In this document: positions 45,616-55,403 of the stretch, piece by piece
Layout of the letters: each line of letters begins with the position of its first letter
Position numbering within the stretch: position 1 is the first letter of the stretch
Source: Vicinamibacteria bacterium
GTDB taxonomy: Bacteria > Acidobacteriota > Vicinamibacteria > Marinacidobacterales > Marinacidobacteraceae
NCBI GenBank assembly: GCA_964291235.2
Contig: OZ219815.1
Span: 32,001-96,000, forward strand
Direction of reading: 5' to 3'
DNA length: 64,000 bases
Program-made: the position numbers and the translations under genes
Notes under the pieces: model-generated
What the model saw: only the letters and a program-made list of their open reading frames with translations
What the model was told of the DNA's origin: nothing
Database searches by the model: none

Positions 45616-46797
45616 CTACGGGCTGCTTTGGGAGGGATCCCGCAGACGGGCGTCCAGATCCGAGAGAGCCCGGCGAACGTCGAGCGCCAGGCTCCGGCCG
45701 GTGGCGAGCGCCTCGCGGTCCGTTTCGGACAAACCGAGTTCCTCGGCCCACGCCTGAAGTTCCGCGACCGCGTCGTCCTCGGGACCGACCCGCCAGGCCC
45801 CCTCCACGAGGCGCAGCTCGTGAAGCTCCGCCATCCCGGCCGCCTGAACGCGCTCGCGGTAGGAAAGCACCTCGGGCAGCACGAAATCGTCGAGCGTCCC
45901 CACCACCTCGATGACCGGCCGCAGAAGGGACGGGGGGGGCGCCGGCAACACCGGGCTCGGCACCGCGGCCACGGCGTCGTAAAAGGGCCAGAACCGGCTC
46001 CCCTCGGAGCCAACTCCGGCAGCCGACGCGTAGGCGGCAAGGCCGGTCTCGGAAGCCTCCCGGTCCGCCGCGAGGGCGAGCCGGGCCTCGCGCCGACGGG
46101 CCGCTCCCTCGGGATCCCCCAGGGTGGCGGCGATCAGCACCACGCCCGCGAAAGTCTCCTCCGGAGCGGCGGCGGCGTGCCGCGCGAGTCCGCCCCCCTC
46201 TCCATAGCCGAGGAGAATCGTCCGCTCGGGGTCCATCGCGAGGCGCGGCCGGATCTGCTCGAACATCAGCCGGGCGAAGGCCTCGGTGAGCCGGTACCCG
46301 TCCGGCCCCGCCCCGAGCCCGGCACGGTCGAAGCTCGCCCAGGCGAACCCCTGGTCGAGCGCCCACCAGCCCACCAGGTCGTCGAGTTCCGTTTCGCCGC
46401 TCCCGAGTTCGGCGCCGTCCGGGCCGCGCCGGATGCCTCCGAGACCGCGATGGGCGCCAATGACCAGGGCGCCGTTCCAGTCGGGGAAACGAAGGGGATG
46501 CCGGAGGACGAAGCGGCGCGGCGGCTCACCCGGCGGCAGTCCCCGGCCGGGCGGTACCGAAGCGAGGTATCCCTGGGTGATCAGCGCATCGCCGTAAGCG
46601 CGACCGGGGAGCAGGGTCTCGCGGCCCCCGTGGATGTAGAGATAGAGGCGAGCGTCGCAGGAGATCCCGAGCGCGGCGGCCAGCAGGACGGCCGACAGGA
46701 CGCCGCGAGAAAACCCCCGCCGCGGGCGGAAAAAAGAAAACCGCCGCCGGCGGAAAAGAAAAAGCCCCGGGATCCCTGGGCGGCCGCTAGGCCTCAT
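45616..46797 (-). CDS. Alpha/beta-hydrolase-like hypothetical protein lacking the nucleophile Ser
   Basis: RFVLR.P..WNGALVIGAH, ALDQGFAWAS.D, TILLGYGEGG at the GxSxG position, RPVIEVVGTLDDFV. Confidence 0.6.
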   Translation of the reverse strand: MRPSGRPGIPGLFLFRRRRFSFFRPRRGFSRGVLSAVLLAAALGISCDARLYLYIHGGRETLLPGRAYGDALITQGYLASVPPGRGLPPGEPPRRFVLRHPLRFPDWNGALVIGAHRGLGGIRRGPDGAELGSGETELDDLVGWWALDQGFAWASFDRAGLGAGPDGYRLTEAFARLMFEQIRPRLAMDPERTILLGYGEGGGLARHAAAAPEETFAGVVLIAATLGDPEGAARRREARLALAADREASETGLAAYASAAGVGSEGSRFWPFYDAVAAVPSPVLPAPPPSLLRPVIEVVGTLDDFVLPEVLSYRERVQAAGMAELHELRLVEGAWRVGPEDDAVAELQAWAEELGLSETDREALATGRSLALDVRRALSDLDARLRDPSQSSP

Positions 46798-47105
46798 CGC
46801 AGCGCGGAGCCGTGGGGGCGGGCGCTTTCTGCGCCCCGGCCCATTCCGACCGGCCTCGCTTCTGCCGTCAGTGGTCAGGATCCCGGGAACTCGTCCGGTG
46901 AGATCCGTGCCCCGGCGTGGTCCGAAAAGATCGCTCCAGACCCTTCCGGAACCCCTGCCGGGGCCCGGAACAGGAAGTCGTCCGGCGGTGCGGTCATTTC
47001 CGACCCCCTTTCCGAAACTGAGTCGATGACGGTATCTGCTTTGTACCGCCGCTGGCGCGGTATGTCAACCCCGCGCCTGCCCGCGCGCCTCATCCGGCGC
47101 CGCCG

Positions 47106-48935
47106 TTACTCGCCGGAGAGGCTCCCGTGCACGACCTCCCCCTCGACCATGGTGGCGAGGATGCGCTCGCGCATGGTGAAGAGCATTTCGGGGTCTTCCT
47201 CGAGGGCGTCGAGTCCTGCAAGGTCCAGCACCACGAGATCGGCCAGCTTCCCCGGTTCCAGACTCCCCCGCTCACCGTCGTCATGGGTGAGGTAGGCGCC
47301 GTTCCAGGTGTAGGAACGAAGCGCTTCCGCGACGGTGACCGTCTCGTCCTCGCCGTGCGCGACTCCCGATTTCTGGTCCTTGCGGGTGAGCAGGGCATAA
47401 AAGCCCATCCACGGGTTGTGGGTGGTCACGCCGTAGTCGGAACCCGAAGCCATGATCACCCCGCCCCGCATGTAGCTGCGGAACGGCTGGAGCCGCGCCA
47501 TCCGCGCCGGACCGGAGTTCGCGGCGAAAGAAAAGCCCTGCTGCCAGTTGAAGACCGGGTTGGTGGAGGCGACGATGCCGTAGCGGGCCATATCGTCGAG
47601 CACCCGCGTCTTCGGCTCGATGGGGAAGTAGGCGTGGATGACGCTCCAGCGGAGGTCCGGGAGCTCGCCGCGCTCCTGCTGCATTTCGTCAAGCAGCTTC
47701 ATGTAGAGATCCACGGTCTGGCGCATCGCCTGGTCGCCGCAACTGTGGGTGTGGAGATCCCAGCCGTGGCTCCGGATGGCGCGGTACTGCGCCTCGCGCT
47801 CCGGGTAGCTTTCGACCACCGGGTTGCCGAGATTCCGCTCGCCCTCCAGTTCGTCCCACATGTGGAACGGCTCCGACATCCAGGCGCTCCGGGTTCCCAC
47901 CCCGCCATCGCCGTACACCTTCACGCCCCGCCAGCGAAGGAAGCGGTCCCCCAGGTTGTTGACCTTGATGCCGTCGAGGTGGGAGGAGATGGCCTCGGGC
48001 GCGTGACGATTGAACGTGCCCTCGTACACCGCGGCGATCCGGAGCCGCAGGTGGCCGCGGTTCGCGGCCTCCTGATAGACCCGCATGTTGTGCCCCATGC
48101 GGGAAGAGGGATCCACAATGGAAGTGACGCCCAGCGCGAGCATTTCCCCGACTCCCAGCCGGACGCTCTCCACGTCGTCCTCGAAGTCGTCCGGAGGGGG
48201 ACGCTCCGTCACCAGGCGTGAAGCCTGCGAGCCGAGAAAGACGCCGGTCGGAATTTCCCGGGCGACGGATTCGCCGTCCACCATCAGTTCGCGTTCCTCG
48301 CGCAGGATCTGATCCTCGAAGGTGAAGTGGTCCGGGTCTTCGAGCCACCACGCGGGCCAGGTCGACGAATCGCCGTCCTCGATGCCCATCCGCAGGAAGA
48401 CCTCGGTGTTCACCGCGACCCCGCGGTACACGCGGTACAGCGCCACCGGGTTCTCCGGCGCCGCCTCGTCGAGCTGCCAGCGGGTGACCATCTGCGGGTA
48501 CTTGAACTGGTCCCAGCGGCGGCCGACGACCCATTCGCCGGCGGGGATCCGGCTCTCCGCGATCCGGTCGCCCACCCCGGCCACGATGTCTTGGGCCGAC
48601 TCGGCGTAGCTGAGTTCCACCCCGGTCGTGATGTCACGGCCGAGCGACAGGAAGTGGATGTGCGAGTCCTGGATGCCGGGGATCACCGTCTTGCCGGAGA
48701 GGTCCACCGTCCGGGTACGGGAACCGGCGAGCGCGGCGACCTCCGAGGCGGATCCCACCGCCACGATGCGGCCGTCCTTGATGGCGACGGCTTCCGCGAG
48801 CGAGTCCTCGCCATCGACGGTCCGGACCTCGGCTCCGGTGAGCACCAGATCGGGCTCGGGGTACCACTGGGCGGCGGCAATCGCCGGCGCGAAGAGGAGG
48901 ACCGAGCCACTGAAGAACGAACGGAGCTTGCGCAT
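47106..48935 (-). CDS. Secreted amidohydrolase family 3 (YtcJ-like)
   Basis: Signal peptide; DLSGKTVIPGIQDSHIH, KVYGDG, HSCGD, HA, GSD, GSLEPGKLADLVVL. Confidence 0.92.
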   Translation of the reverse strand: MRKLRSFFSGSVLLFAPAIAAAQWYPEPDLVLTGAEVRTVDGEDSLAEAVAIKDGRIVAVGSASEVAALAGSRTRTVDLSGKTVIPGIQDSHIHFLSLGRDITTGVELSYAESAQDIVAGVGDRIAESRIPAGEWVVGRRWDQFKYPQMVTRWQLDEAAPENPVALYRVYRGVAVNTEVFLRMGIEDGDSSTWPAWWLEDPDHFTFEDQILREERELMVDGESVAREIPTGVFLGSQASRLVTERPPPDDFEDDVESVRLGVGEMLALGVTSIVDPSSRMGHNMRVYQEAANRGHLRLRIAAVYEGTFNRHAPEAISSHLDGIKVNNLGDRFLRWRGVKVYGDGGVGTRSAWMSEPFHMWDELEGERNLGNPVVESYPEREAQYRAIRSHGWDLHTHSCGDQAMRQTVDLYMKLLDEMQQERGELPDLRWSVIHAYFPIEPKTRVLDDMARYGIVASTNPVFNWQQGFSFAANSGPARMARLQPFRSYMRGGVIMASGSDYGVTTHNPWMGFYALLTRKDQKSGVAHGEDETVTVAEALRSYTWNGAYLTHDDGERGSLEPGKLADLVVLDLAGLDALEEDPEMLFTMRERILATMVEGEVVHGSLSGE

Positions 48936-48997
48936 AGTGCGGACTCTAACGAGGACGGCCGGCCTCGTTACGCTTCCGGGTTCCACGGAGGAATCCC

Positions 48998-50728
48998 ATG
49001 CGTCTCCTGTCTCGTCTCGCTCTCCTGGCCGCGCCGGCCCTGGCGCTCGGTTGCGGCCCGCAGCCGCCGGACATCGGCGGCCCCGCCGACCTGGTGCTGC
49101 TCGGGGGCCGGGTGGTCACGGTGGACCCCGCGCATCCGGAGGCGGAGGCGGTAGCGGTCCGGAACGGGAAGATCGCCGCGGTGGGCACGACCGCGGAGAT
49201 CGAGGCGACCGCGGGCCCGGACACCGAGGTCATCGAACTCGACGGCCGCCTGGCGATCCCGGGGTTCATCGAGGGCCACGGCCACTTCATGGGCGTTGGC
49301 GACGCCCAGATGATCCTCAAGCTCGGTGAAGCCGACAACTGGAACCGGATCGTGGACATGGTGGCCGAAGCAGTGGCGGAAGCGCCGCCGGGTGGCTGGA
49401 TCGAAGGACGCGGTTGGCACCAGGAGAAGTGGGACGAGATCCCGGGAGGAGCGGTCGAAGGACTGCCGCACCACCTCGGCCTGTCCGAGATTTCTCCCGA
49501 ACACCCGGTGCTCCTCCGCCACGCGAGCGGTCACGCCGCATTCGCGAACGCGCTCGCCATGGAACTGGCCGGGATCGATCGGAACACCCCGGATCCGCCG
49601 GGCGGCACCATCATCAAAGACGCCGACGGCAACCCCACCGGGGCGCTCCGGGAAACCGCGCAGCGCCTCGTCGCCCGGGCGCGTGACCGCGCGCTGGCGG
49701 AGCGGACCGAGGAAGAGATCCGGGCCGAACTGGAACTTCAGCTTGAACTCGCCGCCGAGGAGTCGCTGCGGAAGGGCGTGACCTCCTTCCAGGACGCGGG
49801 TTCCTCCTTCGCGTTGATCGACTTCTTCCGTGAAATGGCCGAAGCCGGGCGCCTCCCGATCCGGCTCTACGTGATGGTCCGGGGCCAATCCAATGAAGAT
49901 CTGGATGCCCGGCTGCCCGACTACCTGATGACGGGCCACGCGGACGGTCTCCTCACCGTTCGCTCCATCAAGCGGCAGGTGGACGGCGCCCTCGGCGCCC
50001 ACGGCGCCTGGCTCCTCGAGCCCTACGACGACATGCCGTCCAGCGACGGGCTGATGATCGAGGAAGTCGAAGACATCGAGGAGACCGCACGCATCGCCAT
50101 TCGCCACGGATTCCAGGTGAACACCCATGCCATCGGCGACCGGGGCAACCGCGAGATCCTGGATGCCTACGAGCGGGCCTTTGCCGCGGCGGGGGTGGAC
50201 GGCGCGGACCTCCGGTTCCGCATCGAACACTCCCAGCACATTCACCCGGACGACATCCCGCGGTTCGGCGAACTCGGGGTGATCGCTTCCATGCAGGGGG
50301 TCCACGCCACCTCGGACGGCCCCTGGGTGCCGGAGAAACTTGGCGACGAGCGGGCCCGGACGGGCGCCTACGTCTGGCGCTCGCTGCTCGACACCGGGGC
50401 GGTGGTAACCAACGGGACCGACGCTCCGGTCGAGGACGTGGATCCCATCCCCAGCTACTTCGCAACCGTGACCCGGGAACTGCCGGACGGAACGCGGTTC
50501 TATCCCGAAGAAGCCCTGACCCGCGAGGAAGCGCTCTATTCCTACACGATGGCGGCCGCCTGGTCGGCGTTCGAGGAGGACGTCAAGGGAAGCCTCTCGC
50601 CGGGGAAGTACGCCGACATCGTCGTCCTCAGCAGGGACATCCTCACCGTGCCGGAGGAGGAGATCCTGGACGCCGAAGTGGCCATGACCATCGTGGGCGG
50701 GAAGGTCGCGTACCGCGCCGGGGAGTGA
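48998..50728 (+). CDS. Amidohydrolase family 3 lipoprotein (YtcJ-like)
   Basis: ALGC lipobox; PGFIEGHGH, K..VDGALG, HAIGDRGN, RIEHSQ, GTDAPVE, GSLSPGKYAD. Confidence 0.93.
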   Translation: MRLLSRLALLAAPALALGCGPQPPDIGGPADLVLLGGRVVTVDPAHPEAEAVAVRNGKIAAVGTTAEIEATAGPDTEVIELDGRLAIPGFIEGHGHFMGVGDAQMILKLGEADNWNRIVDMVAEAVAEAPPGGWIEGRGWHQEKWDEIPGGAVEGLPHHLGLSEISPEHPVLLRHASGHAAFANALAMELAGIDRNTPDPPGGTIIKDADGNPTGALRETAQRLVARARDRALAERTEEEIRAELELQLELAAEESLRKGVTSFQDAGSSFALIDFFREMAEAGRLPIRLYVMVRGQSNEDLDARLPDYLMTGHADGLLTVRSIKRQVDGALGAHGAWLLEPYDDMPSSDGLMIEEVEDIEETARIAIRHGFQVNTHAIGDRGNREILDAYERAFAAAGVDGADLRFRIEHSQHIHPDDIPRFGELGVIASMQGVHATSDGPWVPEKLGDERARTGAYVWRSLLDTGAVVTNGTDAPVEDVDPIPSYFATVTRELPDGTRFYPEEALTREEALYSYTMAAAWSAFEEDVKGSLSPGKYADIVVLSRDILTVPEEEILDAEVAMTIVGGKVAYRAGE

Positions 50729-51159
50729 TGGCGCCGACGAAGCGTGAAACGAACCTCGTCCGGGTCGGCGTTTACGGCACGCTGAAGCGCGGGCACGCGA
50801 ACCACGAGGCATTCCTCGGCGCCAGCGTGCTCGTCGGGGCCGGCGCGGTCCGGATTCCGTATCGCCTGTTCGGAAACCGGGAATACCCGATGCTGGTTCC
50901 TGCAGGCGAGCGCAACCCGGTCGTCGTGGAGACCTACCGGGTGGACACCCGGACCGTCGCCCGGCTCGACGCCTTCGAAGGACAGTTCGGCTACCGGCGG
51001 GTGGAAGTCGTCCCGGAAGGCGAGACCGAATCCCTCGCGCTCTACGTCCACCCCGGCCCGCCACCGTCCGATTTCGTCCCCGCCCCGGGTGGCGACTGGA
51101 ACGGGGAACCGGATGCGTTCGCGGGCGCGCTCGCCCGGGTTCGCTCCCGGGACCGATAG
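50728..51159 (+). CDS. Gamma-glutamylcyclotransferase (AIG2-like/GGACT) family protein
   Basis: VGVYGTLKRGHANH, YP.L, LDAFEG..YRR; TGATG coupling. Confidence 0.85.
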   Translation: MAPTKRETNLVRVGVYGTLKRGHANHEAFLGASVLVGAGAVRIPYRLFGNREYPMLVPAGERNPVVVETYRVDTRTVARLDAFEGQFGYRRVEVVPEGETESLALYVHPGPPPSDFVPAPGGDWNGEPDAFAGALARVRSRDR

Positions 51160-51172
51160 CATCCGGCGCCCT

Positions 51173-52021
51173 ATGCGCTACGCAACCCTGCTCGTTCCCG
51201 GGAGGGGAGAAACCCCCGCTCTCATTTCTCCAGACGGCCTGCGCTACCAGCCGCTCGAGGGCCCGGAGCCGCTCGCCGCGCGGCTCGGCGGTCCCCTGCC
51301 CCGGCCGGACATCGACTGGGAGCAGGCTCCCCCGCTGTCCGGCGTCCGCTTCCTGCCCCTGATCCCGCGTCCCGGCGCGCTCTGGTGCGTGGGTCTCAAC
51401 TACGAGGACCACCGGCTGGAGACGGGCCGGGCGAAGGCCGACTATCCCACCCTCTTTACCCGGTTCCGGGCCTCCCTGCTGGGCCACGGGGAGGCGCTGG
51501 TCCGCCCCGCCGTCTCGCACCAGCTCGACTTCGAAGGCGAGCTGGCAGTGGTCATCGGCCGGAGCGCCCGGCACGTCCCGGAGGAGGCGGCGCTTGACCA
51601 CGTGGCGGGATATGCCTGCTTCAACGACGCCTCGGTGCGCGACTACCAGGGGCACAGCACCCAGTTCGGACCCGGCAAGAACTTCTGGCGGACCGGCGGG
51701 TTCGGTCCGTTCCTGGTCACGCCCGACGAAGTGCCCGACCCTCAGGACCTGCCCATCGAGACCCGGCTGAACGGCCAGGTGGTCCAGCAGAGTCACACCT
51801 CGGTGATGACCTACCCGGTGCGCGAGCTGATCGCCTACCTGTCGCGAATCCATCCCCTCCACCCGGGAGACGTGATCTCGACCGGCACGCCCTCGGGTGT
51901 GGGGGTCGCGCGCAAACCGCAGCTCTTCATGAAGCCCGGCGACGTGGTCGAGGTGGAAATCGGCGGGGTCGGGCTACTGCGGAACGGAGTCGTGGACGAA
52001 GCGGAAACCGCGGGTCAGTAG
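51173..52021 (+). CDS. Fumarylacetoacetate hydrolase family protein
   Basis: CVGLNY..H, DFEGELAVVIG, NDASVRD, GKNF, PGDVISTGTP.GVG. Confidence 0.92.
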   Translation: MRYATLLVPGRGETPALISPDGLRYQPLEGPEPLAARLGGPLPRPDIDWEQAPPLSGVRFLPLIPRPGALWCVGLNYEDHRLETGRAKADYPTLFTRFRASLLGHGEALVRPAVSHQLDFEGELAVVIGRSARHVPEEAALDHVAGYACFNDASVRDYQGHSTQFGPGKNFWRTGGFGPFLVTPDEVPDPQDLPIETRLNGQVVQQSHTSVMTYPVRELIAYLSRIHPLHPGDVISTGTPSGVGVARKPQLFMKPGDVVEVEIGGVGLLRNGVVDEAETAGQ

Positions 52022-53013
52022 CCCCGGCCGCGGTTCACGACGTTCCGCATCCGGCGGCCCGCGAAGAAGCGGGCCATATTCCCGAGGGCGATCCGGAAGA
52101 CCTTCGGCACGTAGTTGTGGATGTCGTCGGCGCCCACGTGGGGGGTGATGAACAGGTTCGGCGCGTCCCAGAGGGTGCTCTCGGGCGGGTGCGGCTCCGG
52201 CCACACGACGTCGAGGAAGGCGCCCCCGAGCCTGCCGCTCCGCAGCCCGGCCTCGAGCGCCGCCTGGTCCATCAACCGGCCGCGGCCCAGGTTCACGATT
52301 CCGGCGCCTTCGGGGAGGTGCGCCAGTTCCCGCGCCCCGAGGATCTCCCGCGTGTCCGAGGTGAGCGGCGCGGCGAGCACCACGTAGTCGGCCCGCGGCA
52401 ACGCCTTCGCGAGGTCGGCGGGTCCGAAGAGCTCGTCCACGAACCGGTGCCGCCGCGCCGTGCGCCGGACCCCGAGAACGCGCATGCCGAGGGTGCGCGC
52501 CGCCTCCGCGGCTCCCGTGCCCACGGCTCCCAGGCCAATGATCAGCGCCGTCTTTCCCGGCAGGGTTCCGGTCTGGATCTTCTTCCAGGTCCGCTCCCGC
52601 TGGTACGCGGCGAGCTGCGGCAGCCGGGTGTGGAGGGCGATGAGTCCCATCAGGACGTACTCGAAGGATTTCTTCGTGTGGACCCCGCTGGCGGTGATCA
52701 ACTTGACCCCGGCCGGCAGCCAGTCGAGGGGGTACAGGTGGTCCACGCCGGCGCCGATGAGCTGCACCCAGCGAAGCCTGGGAGCCCGCGCGGCCAGACC
52801 CGGCCGCGGGAACTTCCAGCCGATGAGCACGTCGGCGTCGCGGACTCCCTGGACAAAGCTGGCCTCGTCGTTCGAGTACGTGGGCCGGAGCCGCCCGAAG
52901 GTGTCCGGGAAGGCTTCCCCCGCGGTTTCAAACCGCTCCCGGTCCAGCCGGTAGTCGTCGGACTCGCTCGGGTCGGTAGCCAGATGAACGCGGAGCGTTT
53001 CGGGGATGCTCAT
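52015..53013 (-). CDS. D-2-hydroxyacid dehydrogenase family protein
   Basis: LRWVQLIGAGVD, IIGLGAVG, PLT..T, VNLGRG, GAFLDV..PEP, ITPH. Confidence 0.92.
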   Translation of the reverse strand: MSIPETLRVHLATDPSESDDYRLDRERFETAGEAFPDTFGRLRPTYSNDEASFVQGVRDADVLIGWKFPRPGLAARAPRLRWVQLIGAGVDHLYPLDWLPAGVKLITASGVHTKKSFEYVLMGLIALHTRLPQLAAYQRERTWKKIQTGTLPGKTALIIGLGAVGTGAAEAARTLGMRVLGVRRTARRHRFVDELFGPADLAKALPRADYVVLAAPLTSDTREILGARELAHLPEGAGIVNLGRGRLMDQAALEAGLRSGRLGGAFLDVVWPEPHPPESTLWDAPNLFITPHVGADDIHNYVPKVFRIALGNMARFFAGRRMRNVVNRGRGY

Positions 53014-53075
53014 GGCGTGGTTTCCTTTCGTTGGCGCGATTCGCCATGAACAGCCTAAGCGAGCACAATGGACTC

Positions 53076-54848
53076 ATGGCCGACAAACTCTCTCCCCCCA
53101 TCTCCCCGCCCCCGCCCGGACCCGAGCGGCTCGCCTGGAACCGGCGCCGCTTCATCGCCGGACTCTCCGGGCTGGGGCTCGGCTCCACGCTGCTCCCCGG
53201 TGCGCTTACGGCCTGCGCCGGAGACGCGGGCGCCGTCTCCGTGGGAATGCTGCGCACCGCCCAGCAACTCGCGGGCCTCGATCTGTCCGACGATGAGTTG
53301 TCCACGGTGGCCGAGCGGCTGAACGGCGAGCGGAACCTGCTGGACGCCTACCGCGGCATCCGGGATCCCGAGATCCACAACCACCTGCCGCCGTCGTTCG
53401 TCTTCCATCCCCTGCCCCCGGGCAAGCCGATGCCGGAGACGGCCGGCGGAATGCAGCCGTCCCGGCCGGAGGCTTCCCGACCCGAGTCCGACACCGAGCT
53501 CGCGTTTCTTCCCGTCACCCACCTGGCGCGACTGGTGGAGTCCCGGCAAGTGACGTCGATGGAACTCACCGAGCTCTACCTGGCGCGGCTCAAGGAGTTC
53601 GATCCGGTCCTGATGTGCGTCGTGAACCTGACCGAGGACCTCGCCCGCGAGCAGGCGGCCCGGGCCGACGAAGAGATCGCCGCCGGGAACTACCGCGGCC
53701 CGCTCCACGGCATTCCCTGGGGAGCCAAGGATCTGCTCGCGGTGAGGGGGACGAAGACCACCTGGGGGGCGTCCCCCTACCGCGACCAGGTGATCGACGA
53801 GGACGCCACCGTTTACACGAAGCTCACCGACGCGGGCGCGGTGCTGGTCGCCAAGCTGACGATGGGCGCGCTGGCGTCGGGGGACCGCTGGTTCGGGGGC
53901 CGGACCCGGAATCCGTGGAACACCGAGCAGGGATCCAGCGGCTCCTCCGCCGGCCCGGGGGCGGCGACCGCCGCCGGCCTGGTGGGTTTCTCGATCGGCA
54001 CCGAAACGCGCGGTTCGATCATCTCGCCGTCAACCCGCAACGGCATCACCGGGCACCGTCCCACCTTCGGCCGGGTCAGTCGGGCGGGCGCCATGGCGCT
54101 CTCCTGGACGATGGACAAGATCGGCCCCATGTGCCGGAGCGCCGAGGACTGCGCGCTGGTGTTCGAAGCCATCCGGGGCGCCGACGACCTGGACCGGGCG
54201 GTTCACGATCCCCCGTTCGCCTGGGACGCCTCCGCCGACGCGGCGGCGCTCCGCGTGGGTTACGACCGGGCGGCCGTCGAAGACGAGATCGAAGACGATC
54301 CGGAAAACCCGGAACGGGCGGCGCTCCAGCGCACCGCGCAGGAGAACACCCGGGCGGCGATCGAAGTCCTCCGCGGGGCCGGTATCACGATCACGCCGTT
54401 CGAACTGCCGGAACTCGACTGGGACGACCTCTCCTTCGTCCTCTCCACGGAATCCGCCGCCGCCCACGACGCTCTCGCCCGGAGCGGGGCCGACCTCAGC
54501 ATGAGGGAGCCTCCGGAGGACAGCCGCTGGCCGGACACCTTCCGCACCTACCGCTTCGTCCCCGCGGTGGAATACATCCAGGCGATGCGGGTACGGACCC
54601 GGATCATGCGGGAATTCGACGAGGCGTTCGGCGACCTGGACCTCTTCATCGGGTCGAACCTGGGCCTGACGAACCTGACCGGACACCCCGAGGTGTGCAT
54701 GCCGAACGGATACCACGAGGGGTCGCCGACCAGCCTGCGGATGACCGGGAAGCTCTACGGGGACACCGAAATCCTCACGCTTGCGCACGCCTACCAGCAG
54801 GTCACCGACTTCCACTCGAGAAAACCCCCGGTCGGCGTCGAGCGGTAA
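53076..54848 (+). CDS. Amidase-signature enzyme with Tat signal
   Basis: NRRRFIAG; GPLHGIPWGAKD, GSSGSSAG, GTETRGSIISPS; start may be 53046. Confidence 0.9.
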   Translation: MADKLSPPISPPPPGPERLAWNRRRFIAGLSGLGLGSTLLPGALTACAGDAGAVSVGMLRTAQQLAGLDLSDDELSTVAERLNGERNLLDAYRGIRDPEIHNHLPPSFVFHPLPPGKPMPETAGGMQPSRPEASRPESDTELAFLPVTHLARLVESRQVTSMELTELYLARLKEFDPVLMCVVNLTEDLAREQAARADEEIAAGNYRGPLHGIPWGAKDLLAVRGTKTTWGASPYRDQVIDEDATVYTKLTDAGAVLVAKLTMGALASGDRWFGGRTRNPWNTEQGSSGSSAGPGAATAAGLVGFSIGTETRGSIISPSTRNGITGHRPTFGRVSRAGAMALSWTMDKIGPMCRSAEDCALVFEAIRGADDLDRAVHDPPFAWDASADAAALRVGYDRAAVEDEIEDDPENPERAALQRTAQENTRAAIEVLRGAGITITPFELPELDWDDLSFVLSTESAAAHDALARSGADLSMREPPEDSRWPDTFRTYRFVPAVEYIQAMRVRTRIMREFDEAFGDLDLFIGSNLGLTNLTGHPEVCMPNGYHEGSPTSLRMTGKLYGDTEILTLAHAYQQVTDFHSRKPPVGVER

Positions 54849-55078
54849 GGAAGCGGGGCGACACCAACGCGACAGGAACGGGAACCACCTGGTCATCAAA
54901 CAGCAGAGCCCCGCTTCCTTACCGCCCGGCGCTTCGCGCCGCGAACCACAACTCCCTTGCGCGCCGTTGGCGCGCGGCGGCGAGTTGCGATTCGTCGTTA
55001 CCGTCTTGTGACAGGGGGTGAACCCCCTTTCACACTTTCCCCCGAACTCGCAGGCAGCGAACAAAGTTCGCTGCCATT
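54842..55078 (-). repeat. Dispersed multi-hairpin element, copy D
   Basis: Reverse complement GGCAGCGAAC-TTT-GTTCGCTGCC; GGGGAAAGTGTGAAAGGGGG-TTCA-CCCCCTGTCACA; GAATCGCAACTC..GAGTTGTGGTTC; CGGCGC-GAA-GCGCCG; inverted repeat GCGGTAAGGAAGCGGGG (from 54842) / CCCCGCTTCCTTACCGC (ending 54926). Confidence 0.85.
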
Positions 55079-55124
55079 GTTCATTGCCGTGGTGGCAACT
55101 CACCAGGCCTTCGGATCCGGGTAG

Positions 55125-55379
55125 CCAGAGGAGCGCCGGCCAGGAGCGCCGGCCTCCGGCCGGCATCGCTCCGCCCAGTGGAGCGAAACTCCCGTCGTCA
55201 ACCGGCCAGGATGGCGCCGCAGCCCAGCAGTGTGGCGCGGCGCCACTCCCGCTCTGGTACGGCGACGCGCCGTCCCCGCTTGGACTGGTGCCGTCGAGGC
55301 TGACTAAGTCAGGGAGTTTCGCCTCGCTGTGCTCGGCGATGCCAGCCGGAGGCTGGCGCTCCGGGCGCTCCTTCTCTGG
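55125..55379. repeat. REPIN-like inverted REP doublet
   Basis: GGAGCGCCGGCCTCCGGCCGGCATCGC..GCGAAACTCCC (55143-55193) faces GGGAGTTTCGC..GCGATGCCAGCCGGAGGCTGGCGCTCC (55312-55362). Confidence 0.8.
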
Positions 55380-55403
55380 AGGTCGGCCCAGTCTCCCCGC
55401 GGA

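Noticed and set aside
46875-46999. Small minus-strand ORF (MTAPPDDFLFRAP...) upstream of the hydrolase-like gene
   Set aside because: About 40 codons, weak RBS, no motif; cannot be supported from sequence alone.
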